A program made the position numbers and the translations under genes. The notes below the pieces were generated by a model that was given only the letters and a program-made list of their open reading frames with translations, ran no database searches and had not been told where the DNA came from. Below are positions 26,208 to 34,930 of a stretch of DNA of 64,000 nucleotides, one piece after another. The stretch is from a virus (Duplodnaviria > Caudoviricetes): the IMG/VR virus record IMGVR_UViG_3300032896_000431, positions 1,157-65,156 of that record, one strand, 5' to 3'. How positions within the stretch are numbered: the first letter of the stretch is position 1; every line of letters starts with the position of its first letter.

Positions 26208-27623
26208 ATGGCGGTCAACGACCTTCCCGTTTCGCTCCAGGCTGCCATCCAGACCGGCTTCCTGGAGCGCCGGTTCCGCAACGCGCTGCGCGCCAAGCTC
26301 GGCTTCCGTGCGATCGCCGACAAGGAACCGTTCACCGGCAACATCGGCGAGACCATCACCAAGACCCGCCTGGGCCTGCTGCCCGCCATCACCACGCCGA
26401 TGCCCCCGGCGCAGACCACCGACATCACCTCGGGTCTCACGCCGCAGAACTATGGGCTGGAGCAATACACGCTCGGCATCGCGCAATACGCCGGCACCAT
26501 GCAGTTGAACGTCGCGACCGCCCGCGTCGCGATCGACGACCTCTACCTGCAGAACGCCGACAAGCTGGGCGAGCAAGCCGTGCGCTCGGTGGACACCCTG
26601 GCGCGCAACGCCCTGTTCGACATGTACATGGGCGGCAACACGCGCGTCACCACCACGCTCGGCTCGCCGGCCACCACCATCCACGTGGACGACGTGCGCG
26701 GCTTGTTCGCCTCGTGGAACAGCCAGAACGTGCCGGTGGCGGTCAGCAGCAGCAACCCGCTGACCGTTGTGGTGGGGAGCGACTCCTACACCCTGGTCGG
26801 GTGCGTGGCCGATGGCAGCGCGCCGACAACCATCACGCCATGGCTGTCGCTGCTTTCGTTCAGCGGCACCAGCAGCAACAGCTCCACCACGCCGGGCGGC
26901 TTTTCCGGCACCCTGACGTTCTCCGGCAACGTCTCGATCGCCGACGGCACGGCCGGCAACGCGGTGGTCAGCGCCGTTGCGCCGATGGTGGTGCGGCCGA
27001 GCAATGCGACCTCCGGGGCGATGGCGGCGACCACAGCGGCGATCAGCGCGGCCAACGACCTCAACAGCGGCAAGGTCACCATCGAGATGATCCTGCAGGC
27101 CAAGGCCACCATGAAGTCGAACGCCGTGCCGGAGGTCACCGCCACCGGCAATTACGCCTACTACGCCGACTCGATCCAGTTGACCGGCCTGTACCAGGAT
27201 CCGGCCTTCCAGCGCTTCTTCATCGGCAAGCCGGACACACCCGAATACCGGAGGGGCGTGGTTGCCGAGGTGCTGGGCTGCGACATCGTCGAGACCAACC
27301 TGGCGCTGGTGCAGGCGCTGGCCGGCGTGGGGACCGTGCGCCGCGGCATCCTGTGCGGCCAGGGCGCGCTGGTGGAAGGCGAATTCACCGAGGAGGCGGC
27401 GCAGGCCGCGGTACAGGTTGATGATGCTCGCATGATGACGATGGTGGACGGCATCGCCCACGTGACCCGCGAGCCGATCGACGCGTTGAAGCAGGTGGTG
27501 ACGCAGTCCTGGTACGCGATCACCGGCTTCGTGGCGCCGACCGACGTGCTGACCACGCCGACGACGATCCCGACCGCCAACAACTCCGCTTGGAAGCGGG
27601 CGATCATCGTGGAGTCGCTGTAG
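26208..27623 (+). CDS. Major capsid protein with central Ser/Thr-rich insertion
   Basis: GNIGETITKTRLGLL, LGEQAVRSVDTLARN, REPIDALKQVVTQSW; AAAGGGA RBS; position after scaffold. Confidence 0.85.
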   Translation: MAVNDLPVSLQAAIQTGFLERRFRNALRAKLGFRAIADKEPFTGNIGETITKTRLGLLPAITTPMPPAQTTDITSGLTPQNYGLEQYTLGIAQYAGTMQLNVATARVAIDDLYLQNADKLGEQAVRSVDTLARNALFDMYMGGNTRVTTTLGSPATTIHVDDVRGLFASWNSQNVPVAVSSSNPLTVVVGSDSYTLVGCVADGSAPTTITPWLSLLSFSGTSSNSSTTPGGFSGTLTFSGNVSIADGTAGNAVVSAVAPMVVRPSNATSGAMAATTAAISAANDLNSGKVTIEMILQAKATMKSNAVPEVTATGNYAYYADSIQLTGLYQDPAFQRFFIGKPDTPEYRRGVVAEVLGCDIVETNLALVQALAGVGTVRRGILCGQGALVEGEFTEEAAQAAVQVDDARMMTMVDGIAHVTREPIDALKQVVTQSWYAITGFVAPTDVLTTPTTIPTANNSAWKRAIIVESL

Positions 27624-27810
27624 CCCGCCGGTGCCTCCGACAACCGCGCCTCTGTCCGGGGCCAGGCTTGCCCCGCCTGCCCCGGCGGACCGGCCGGCGG
27701 CGAACCGGCCGGGACCGGACGGTCTGGCGCGGGCGCTCTATGGCCGGCCGCCCAAGCTGCCACGTGCGCCGCGCACGCCCCGCGCGGCCCCAACCGAGGA
27801 AGGATCGAGC

Positions 27811-28269
27811 ATGCCTGACGCCCAGAGCACCAACGCAGAACAGCAGCCTGCGCAGGAACTCGCCGCGCGCGACGCGACGATCGCCAGCCTGCGCGAACAG
27901 ATTGCCGAGCGCGAGAAGGAGCGCGACGACGCACGGCAGTCGGTGACGCAACTGACCTCGCAGGTAGGCGCCCTACAAAAGCAGGTGTCCGAGCGGGCGG
28001 CGCAGATCGCCGCGTATGAGGCAAAGGCTAAGGCGGCGACACAGCCCGCAGCGATTGCGCCTGCCCCGCCAGTGCCCGGCGGCACGCCGCAGGAGATCGT
28101 CCTGACGCAGCCCTATGGTTTCATCGACGAGCATGGCGCGAACCGCTCGTGGCCGGCCGGTATGACGATTCAGAACCCGCAGGACATCGCGCTGCTGATC
28201 GCGCGCGGGGCTGCCCACACGGTCACGGTGCTGGCTGCGACGCAGGCGATGGCAGCAGCCAAGAGCTGA
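27811..28269 (+). CDS. Coiled-coil virion-associated protein
   Basis: GAGGAAGGA RBS; follows the capsid gene. Confidence 0.65.
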   Translation: MPDAQSTNAEQQPAQELAARDATIASLREQIAEREKERDDARQSVTQLTSQVGALQKQVSERAAQIAAYEAKAKAATQPAAIAPAPPVPGGTPQEIVLTQPYGFIDEHGANRSWPAGMTIQNPQDIALLIARGAAHTVTVLAATQAMAAAKS

Positions 28270-28483
28270 TCCCTTCGCGATGGGTAGTGTCTCAGTCTGA
28301 ATTTTTGACCCAGGGCGGACAAAGCAGACCGGCGCGTCGACGCCGAAGCCGTGGCGCACCACCCCACACCGCAGAACCCGGGCTTGCCCCCTACTTGGCA
28401 GAGCGATGTCATCTGTATATTGCTGCTGCATCTGTTGGCCGCATAGCGTACGTTGTCTACGCTAGCTCGGGAGGGATGCTTCA

Positions 28484-29419
28484 GTGCGGCATCTGAGACC
28501 AGCGCTACTCACCTTAATTCAGGCGGTCAGCGTACCGATCATTCTGGAGGGGTTGTGGGCAGCCTACTGTTGGGGTCAAGGCTGGCCGACGTACTTCCGT
28601 TGGTTGGTGATCGGCTGCGAGTTCTTGATAACTCTGCTTGTTATAATTGGCCTACGCGTATGGGCGGCGGTCTGGCTTGCAAGTTTCATACATGCTGCAA
28701 ATGCGATTCGCTGGTCTGATTTGGGATCGTGGGTAGCAAAACAGAAGGTTGTGAGCTGGGGATCAGGTATTATACTCGTTCCCTTATATATCGTCCATTT
28801 TTTGAAGAAGGCCGTTTCGCATTGCGACGCCTCGAACATAAACTGGGCTTCTCACATAGCCTGTCAGTTTGACAGAGATGTCATGGCGTTTGATTTTCTA
28901 GGCCACCACTACGAAGCCACTGACATACTTACAATAGAGCTGCTCGGTCTTCTTATCGGCTTCGTCGCTCTGTACCTCTACAGAGCTTGGGCGCCTCCAC
29001 CTCTGAAGCAGCCCCCAAAGCTTGGACTCGCGGATGCATTGCGAGAGTGGCCACACGGGATCAAGGGGTACCAGCTAGCGAACACTCTCTCGCAGCAAGT
29101 AGATGAACAAGCGGCGAAGCCCGAATGGAGCAACCACGACTGGTCCAGCGCTCGGGAGGCAGTTAGTCAGCTCGACGAGGTGTCGATGCTCGATAACGAT
29201 CCAGGTGCAGCGCTTCAGGCTGGACGGGTAATCGAACTATTTCCGAAGATTCCGGGATTTCAAGAGCGCATGACACGTCTGTTTTTCGATGCCCTACACC
29301 CTGCAAGGCGCTGGGTGTTGGCGGGTATGCTTGCCGTCAGCGAGGTCTTGACCGCGTTCCCAATCCTGATACGCATCATTACCACCTTTTTCGAACGGCT
29401 TGGAGGAACACCGCAATGA
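28484..29419 (+). CDS. Multi-pass membrane protein
   Basis: About 4-6 hydrophobic segments; low GC. Confidence 0.7.
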   Translation: MRHLRPALLTLIQAVSVPIILEGLWAAYCWGQGWPTYFRWLVIGCEFLITLLVIIGLRVWAAVWLASFIHAANAIRWSDLGSWVAKQKVVSWGSGIILVPLYIVHFLKKAVSHCDASNINWASHIACQFDRDVMAFDFLGHHYEATDILTIELLGLLIGFVALYLYRAWAPPPLKQPPKLGLADALREWPHGIKGYQLANTLSQQVDEQAAKPEWSNHDWSSAREAVSQLDEVSMLDNDPGAALQAGRVIELFPKIPGFQERMTRLFFDALHPARRWVLAGMLAVSEVLTAFPILIRIITTFFERLGGTPQ

Positions 29420-29793
29420 ATGTGGACATGCCGCGCGGGATGCGGGATGAAGACTGGATTCTTTTTGCGGGTCGCATCGGCAACCAGGATGCTCACGAAG
29501 TCCACCTCGTGCCAGCAGAAGATGACGATATATCCATTGTTCATTCGAAGCAGGATGTCCATACGACAACCGATAGCGCGCAAAACACGTGGATATTTGT
29601 CCGCAAAGGTGCTCGATACGTTCGTTTTGTTGTTGGGCGTTATTCAAACTATTCTACCAGATCTGTCAGAGGTGACCGTTGCAGCCACAATTGCTCGGGA
29701 AGCTGTCAGTGTGTGGGACAGGTGGAATATTGCTGCAATGGCGGCGTGGCTGTGGGTTCGTGCTATGGCGAATGGGCGTGCCAAAATCCCTGA
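29416..29793 (+). CDS. Small protein with an 8-Cys C-terminal segment
   Basis: GGAGG RBS, ATGA overlap; CSHNCSGSCQCVGQVEYCCNGGVAVGSCYGEWAC. Confidence 0.7.
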   Translation: MNVDMPRGMRDEDWILFAGRIGNQDAHEVHLVPAEDDDISIVHSKQDVHTTTDSAQNTWIFVRKGARYVRFVVGRYSNYSTRSVRGDRCSHNCSGSCQCVGQVEYCCNGGVAVGSCYGEWACQNP

Positions 29794-29955
29794 GGTAGCC
29801 AAATAGGAACTATTTCAACAGTCTAATCTGCTCTACCCCGTCCTGCGTCAACCACTGCTCCGCTCGGTCGTAGAGCGGGGTTGTGGGGCCAGCGTCGTAC
29901 GTCCAACCCCCACCCAAAGCCGAAGTTCAAACTGACCCGCTGCCGGGGGCGACCT

Positions 29956-30366
29956 ATGTCGGGCTTCGATGCCTTCCAGTTCACGGATGCGCAGTTGACC
30001 GACATCCGGCGCTTCTGTGGCTATCCGGCCCGAGCCGACGGCGCCGTACTGTTCCCGGCACCGTGGGTGAACGTGCAGTACCTCGCGCTGGAATACCGGC
30101 TACAGCACCTCAGCCAGAGCGAGGGCGCCATCGTCGTCAACACATACCTGGCGAATCTCAACACGCTGGAGCAGGCGGTGCTGGGGGCCGGGAACAACCT
30201 CGATACCGATCAGGCCGCGATATGGAAGCGCAACCGCACCGAGGTCGCGGACCGCATGGCGTTGTTCGACAACTTGCGCCGCCGGCTGTGTGCCTTCCTG
30301 GGCATCAAGCCGGGCCCGGAGTTCGTCAGCGGCGGCGGGATCGGCACCGTAGCGATGGTGGTTTGA
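29956..30366 (+). CDS. Head-tail adaptor-like protein
   Basis: FTDAQLTDIRRFCGYP; position after the head genes. Confidence 0.6.
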   Translation: MSGFDAFQFTDAQLTDIRRFCGYPARADGAVLFPAPWVNVQYLALEYRLQHLSQSEGAIVVNTYLANLNTLEQAVLGAGNNLDTDQAAIWKRNRTEVADRMALFDNLRRRLCAFLGIKPGPEFVSGGGIGTVAMVV

Positions 30367-30409
30367 TCCGATGCCGGGGCCGTGCCAAGGCTGACGGGGT
30401 GCGCCTCTG

Positions 30410-31102
30410 ATGGTCAGCCAGGCGACGATCCAGGCCAAGGTCAATGTCGGCTTCGCCAAGGCAGCGAACGCGGCCGGCGTGCCGTGCCAGCAGTTCCGTC
30501 CGACCGGCGCGATCAGCCCGTTGGACCCCGGCAACGTGGTCGGCACGCTACAAGTCCTGTTCGACACCAATGCAAGTCTGCGCCAGATCGCGCCGCGGCA
30601 ACGCCAGAAGCCGGAGGAGTGGTACGCCGCATTCGATCCGAGCAACGTCCAGGTAGGCGACTATCTGGTAACGCCGCCCTCGCCATCGGCCGGAGGCCAG
30701 CCCGAGACCCTGTTCGTTGCTGCCCTCGACCCGTTCCGCCCGGCCCGGCTGGTGCTGTGCAACCGGATCATCGACATCCACGCCCCAGGCACGATGCCGC
30801 AGCAGGGCCTCAACCAAGGCTATGGCGGCGACACGCGGCTGCGAGAGACGGTGGTTGCCGCGGGATGGCCCGCGGCCGTGCTGAAAGGTCCGCGGCAGGA
30901 AGTCGGCGACCTGAAACTGCCGGGCGACACCAAGCTGCCATGGGAGGAAATCCTGCTGCCGCCGATGCCCGGCGCCGCGCTGCGCAACGATATGATTGCG
31001 ATCTACACCGACGCGGCCGGCGTGGGCTTCCGGCTGATCCTGAGCACGGTCGAGCTGACCTCGCTGGGTTACCGCTGCATCGCCAACCTGGAAACTGCGT
31101 GA
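30410..31102 (+). CDS. Head-closure/neck protein (putative)
   Basis: Position in the structural operon. Confidence 0.55.
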   Translation: MVSQATIQAKVNVGFAKAANAAGVPCQQFRPTGAISPLDPGNVVGTLQVLFDTNASLRQIAPRQRQKPEEWYAAFDPSNVQVGDYLVTPPSPSAGGQPETLFVAALDPFRPARLVLCNRIIDIHAPGTMPQQGLNQGYGGDTRLRETVVAAGWPAAVLKGPRQEVGDLKLPGDTKLPWEEILLPPMPGAALRNDMIAIYTDAAGVGFRLILSTVELTSLGYRCIANLETA

Positions 31103-31105
31103 TCC

Positions 31106-32077
31106 ATGGCCGACACGTCGGATGTGCAGGATGCGCTCGCGGCGCTGGTGGCGAGCATCCTCTACCCGCCGGGTGCCATGGGCGCCGGAGCGTGGTCGGT
31201 CGCCGGCGGATGGGCCTCCGGCGGCCTGGCGTGGGCCGATCGGTTGGCAGCCGGCACATCGGCGGCCGGCGTGCCCGTGCGGATCTATCGCGGCTGGCCG
31301 GTGGCACAGCAGCTCGACCCGGACCTGGCCGCCGGCATCGCGCATGTCTCGATCTATGAGGACCCGGGCCGCAACCGCCTGACCGGCGGCTATTTGGATC
31401 GCAGAATCCCGGTGCCGGGGCCGCCGCCGACCATCCAGGCCTTGATCTCCGGCCAGGTGGTGACGCTGTCCGGCGAGGCAACGCCGGGCAACATGGTGGG
31501 ACTGCTGCAGGCCGGGCAGTCGGCGAGCTACGTGGTGCAGCCAGGCGACACGCTGCTGTCGGTAGCCCAGGCGCTGGCGGCGCAGTTCGGCTCGGGGACG
31601 GTGATGCTGGAGAGCGGCGCCACGGTGACGGACGACGCTGGCAACCCGCTGCTGGTGGCCGACAGCGTGGTGGCGGCAGCAAACGGCAGCGGCGCCACGA
31701 TCACGTTCAGCAACCCGGCGCCGATCACGGCGCGTGTGGCGTCGCAGGGCAGCGTGATCCGGCGCGGACGGCAACAGACCCAAGGGTATCGTCTGATCTG
31801 CTGGGCACCCACGCCGACGGTGCGAGACGCGATCTGCCGCCTGGTGGATGCCGAGCTGGCCGACACGCACTGGCTGCAACTGCCGGATCAGCGCGGGCGG
31901 CTTCTGTGGGCTGGCACCCGCAGCGACGACGTCCCGAGCAAAGCCGCGACCTGGCGGCGCGACCTGACCTTCCTGGTGACCTTTTGGACAACCCGGGAAC
32001 GCCCGGCGCCACCGATGCTGTTCGGTCAGCTTGGCCTGAGTGGCAGCGTCGGCGCCACGTTGACCACAACCTCGTAG
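31106..32077 (+). CDS. Tail terminator-like protein (putative)
   Basis: Directly precedes the sheath gene; RIYRGWP, LICWAPTPTVRD. Confidence 0.55.
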   Translation: MADTSDVQDALAALVASILYPPGAMGAGAWSVAGGWASGGLAWADRLAAGTSAAGVPVRIYRGWPVAQQLDPDLAAGIAHVSIYEDPGRNRLTGGYLDRRIPVPGPPPTIQALISGQVVTLSGEATPGNMVGLLQAGQSASYVVQPGDTLLSVAQALAAQFGSGTVMLESGATVTDDAGNPLLVADSVVAAANGSGATITFSNPAPITARVASQGSVIRRGRQQTQGYRLICWAPTPTVRDAICRLVDAELADTHWLQLPDQRGRLLWAGTRSDDVPSKAATWRRDLTFLVTFWTTRERPAPPMLFGQLGLSGSVGATLTTTS

Positions 32078-32089
32078 GGATCCATCGCG

Positions 32090-33700
32090 ATGCCAATCGT
32101 GCAGCAAGGGCAGATCAACACGACTGCCCTGGTGGTGCCGGACCTGTACGTCCAGATCGTGCCGCCGCAGAACCTCGTGGTGAACGGGGTGCCGACCAAC
32201 GTTGTCGGCGTGGTGGGCACGGCGTCGTGGGGGCCGGCGAACACACCGGCCATCATCCCGGACATGCCGACCTATGCGGCGACCTTCGGCCCGGTGATGC
32301 CGCGCAAGTACGACATGGGGACGCAGGTGGCGACGGCGGTGCAGCAGGGCGCCAGCAATTTCCGTTGCGTCCGGGTCACCGACGGGACCGACACCGCGGC
32401 AACAGCGCTGTTTAACGGCAGCACCACCGGCGATTGCTCGCTGATCGTCACGTCGCTCTACACCGGGTCGGAGGCGAACGGCGACACGTTCACACTGTCG
32501 GCCGGCTCGGCGGCGGGATCCTACAAGGCGACCGTGGCGCGGCCGGGCCTGACGCCGGAGGTGTTCGACAACATTCCGGCTGCAACCGGCTCCCCCTTCT
32601 GGTCGGCCGTTGCGGTCGCGGTGAACAGCGGCAACGGCCCGCTGCGGGGCAAGTCGAACCTGGTCAGCGTGGCGGCGGGCGCCGGCGCCAATGCCTCGGT
32701 GAATGTGAGCAGCCTGACGCTGCCCATGACGGCGACGCTGGGGGTCGGCGCCGGGGCGGTGGCCGGCACCGACGGCGTCACCACACTGTCTGCCGCGACG
32801 CTGGTGGGACAGGACACGCTGCCGCGCAAGGGCATGTACTGCCTGCGCGGACAGGGTTGCTCCATCGGCCTGCTGGCGGACACCGACGACTCAACGCAGT
32901 GGACGACGCAGGCGGCGCTTGGGTTGCAGGAGGGGATTTACATGATCCTCACCGGGCCGGCGGGCGACACCATCACCAACGCGACCACCACGAAGGCAAC
33001 GGCGGGGCTGGACACCTATGGCGCCAAGCTGATGTTCGGCGATTGGCTGTGGTGGAACGACCAGACCAACAACATCGTCCGCCTGGTCTCGCCGCAGGGA
33101 TTCGCCGCCGGCCGCCTGGCGAACCTCTCGCCTGAGCAATCCAGCCTGAACAAGCCGATCTACAGCATCGTGGCGTCGCAGAAGTCCGGCTCTCCCGCCT
33201 CGCCGCAGACCGGGACGTATGCCTCGGCCGATCTGGCGGCACTGCTGGGCGCCGGCATCGACGTGATCTGCAACCCGCAGCCGGGCGGCACCTATTGGGG
33301 CGTCCGAGGCGGACACAACGCCAGCAGCAACGCGGCGATCAACGGCGACAACTATACGCGGCTGACCAATTACATCGCGGCCACGCTGGCGGCGGCGATG
33401 GGCCAGTTCGTCGGCATGACGATCGACGCCGATCTGTTCGACGACATCCGCAGTGCGGAACTCGGGTTCCTGCAAAACATGCTCGACCAGGGCATGCTGG
33501 GCAGCACCGACGGCAGCATTCCGTTCTCGGTGGTGTGCGACACGTCGAACAATCCGCCGAGCCGCACCGGCCTGGGTTACGTGCAGTCCAACGCTCAGGT
33601 GCAGTACATGGCGATCAACGAGAAGTTCATCGTCAACATCGAAGGCGGCACGACGGTTCAGGTGACCACGCAAACGCTGCCTTCCGGTCAGCCGGCATAA
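32090..33700 (+). CDS. Contractile tail sheath protein
   Basis: VVPDLYVQIV, VVGVVGTASWGP, SPEQSSLNKP, FSVVCDTSNN. Confidence 0.9.
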   Translation: MPIVQQGQINTTALVVPDLYVQIVPPQNLVVNGVPTNVVGVVGTASWGPANTPAIIPDMPTYAATFGPVMPRKYDMGTQVATAVQQGASNFRCVRVTDGTDTAATALFNGSTTGDCSLIVTSLYTGSEANGDTFTLSAGSAAGSYKATVARPGLTPEVFDNIPAATGSPFWSAVAVAVNSGNGPLRGKSNLVSVAAGAGANASVNVSSLTLPMTATLGVGAGAVAGTDGVTTLSAATLVGQDTLPRKGMYCLRGQGCSIGLLADTDDSTQWTTQAALGLQEGIYMILTGPAGDTITNATTTKATAGLDTYGAKLMFGDWLWWNDQTNNIVRLVSPQGFAAGRLANLSPEQSSLNKPIYSIVASQKSGSPASPQTGTYASADLAALLGAGIDVICNPQPGGTYWGVRGGHNASSNAAINGDNYTRLTNYIAATLAAAMGQFVGMTIDADLFDDIRSAELGFLQNMLDQGMLGSTDGSIPFSVVCDTSNNPPSRTGLGYVQSNAQVQYMAINEKFIVNIEGGTTVQVTTQTLPSGQPA

Positions 33701-33718
33701 TTGGGGAGGCGGGCAGCG

Positions 33719-34165
33719 ATGAGTGCATCGGTGACGCAGGTCAACGACTTCTCGACCGGCAATGACCTCCGGTTGGTGCTGATTTTCGGCCTGTTGGGCC
33801 GCATCGATTTGCAGCACAAGGTGGGGTTCCGGGCGACGCCGGTGGTGAAGCAGCTCCGGATCAACAAACTTTCTGCCCCGCCGATCGGGCGCGACGTTCC
33901 CGGCGGGTGGAACATCGCCATCTCGCTGGAACGCGGCAACTCGGTTGCCGACAACCTGATGGCGACGCTGGAGCAAATGTATTGGTCCGGGCAGCGCCTG
34001 CCAACCGGCCAGGTTTACCAGTACATCCGCGAACCGGATGGCTCGCGTTCGACGTTCTTCTTCAACCCGGTGACGCTGCACCTGTCGGATGCCGGCAACT
34101 GGCGGCAGGAGGTGACGGTGCAGCAGACCATCACCGGATTCTCCGGCACGAGGAGGCGCCTGTAA
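33719..34165 (+). CDS. Tail tube protein
   Basis: About 148 aa, beta-rich, directly after the sheath. Confidence 0.75.
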   Translation: MSASVTQVNDFSTGNDLRLVLIFGLLGRIDLQHKVGFRATPVVKQLRINKLSAPPIGRDVPGGWNIAISLERGNSVADNLMATLEQMYWSGQRLPTGQVYQYIREPDGSRSTFFFNPVTLHLSDAGNWRQEVTVQQTITGFSGTRRRL

Positions 34166-34536
34166 TGGCCGAAACACCGACCGTCGTCACCGATGCACGG
34201 GGACGCAAGCTCTCGATCCGGCTGCCGGATGCGGGGGATCAGTTCGACCTGATCGAAATCGCCGGAGCCGTCGCCGACAACCGCCCGTGGATGTTCCGGG
34301 CGATGGTGGTGTACGCGGTGTCGGCGATCGACGGCGTGCCGCTGCCGTTGCCGGCCAGCAAGGACGATCTGAAAACCAACGCGCGCGCCCTGGGCGACGA
34401 CGGCATCATGGCGGTGATGGAGTCGCTGTTTCCCGAGGCGGTTGCCGCGGCCAGGGCGGCGGATGCCAGGGCGCGCGGCGAGAAGCTGCCGCCGCCCGGG
34501 CCGGATGGCGCGATGCTGGTCGCCGCAAAAAACTGA
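34165..34536 (+). CDS. Tail assembly chaperone (gpG-like)
   Basis: VTDARGRKLSIR; ends GCA AAA AAC TGA. Confidence 0.8.
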   Translation: MAETPTVVTDARGRKLSIRLPDAGDQFDLIEIAGAVADNRPWMFRAMVVYAVSAIDGVPLPLPASKDDLKTNARALGDDGIMAVMESLFPEAVAAARAADARARGEKLPPPGPDGAMLVAAKN

Positions 34537-34706
34537 GCCGGCACCCCGTTGTCCGGGACACGCTGTACCTGGTCAGCAAGGGGGTGCCGTGGGACGTGGC
34601 GGTGAAGCTGTCGCCGGCGCGGCGGTTCGCTTTCTGCGTTGCCCTAGGCGAGCTCGGCGGCGGCAAGTTCGATTGGCGGGTACGCCAGTGGGTTGACCCG
34701 AAATGA
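34527..34706 (+). CDS. -1 frameshift extension of the tail chaperone (gpGT-like)
   Basis: Slippery heptamer A AAA AAC at 34527-34533; the -1 frame reads KKLSRHPVVRDTLYLVSKGVPWDVA...FDWRVRQW. Confidence 0.75.
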   Translation, partial: KKLSRHPVVRDTLYLVSKGVPWDVAVKLSPARRFAFCVALGELGGGKFDWRVRQWVDPK

Positions 34707-34732
34707 CCCGCCGACGTGGGTGAGGAACGAGC

Positions 34733-34930
34733 ATGGCAGACGAACTTATGGAGCGCATCCGAGACGCCGTCGTTGCGGAGTGCCTGTTTCAGCCTGCCGA
34801 CAGGGTGCGGCGGGCGGTAACGACGGTTTGCGATGGCATCCTGTCCTGCCTGGATGATCCCGCGCAGGACTGGCCCGGCTCGCCGGCCATCGGTTCGCAT
34901 CTGCTGGCGTGGGGAGCCAATGATGGGTAG
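34733..34930 (+). CDS. Small hypothetical protein; stop codon supplied by the cassette TIR
   Basis: GAGGA RBS; its TAG lies inside the GGTAG of the repeat. Confidence 0.5.
   Translation: MADELMERIRDAVVAECLFQPADRVRRAVTTVCDGILSCLDDPAQDWPGSPAIGSHLLAWGANDG

Larger units (their letters stand above)
28283..29944. mobile_element. TIR-flanked cassette 3 (membrane protein + Cys-rich protein)
   Basis: Left end GGTAGTGTCTCAGTCTGAATT at 28283; right end 29913-29944 (reverse complement GGCAGCGGGTCAGTTTGAACTTCGGCTTTGGG). Confidence 0.65.
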
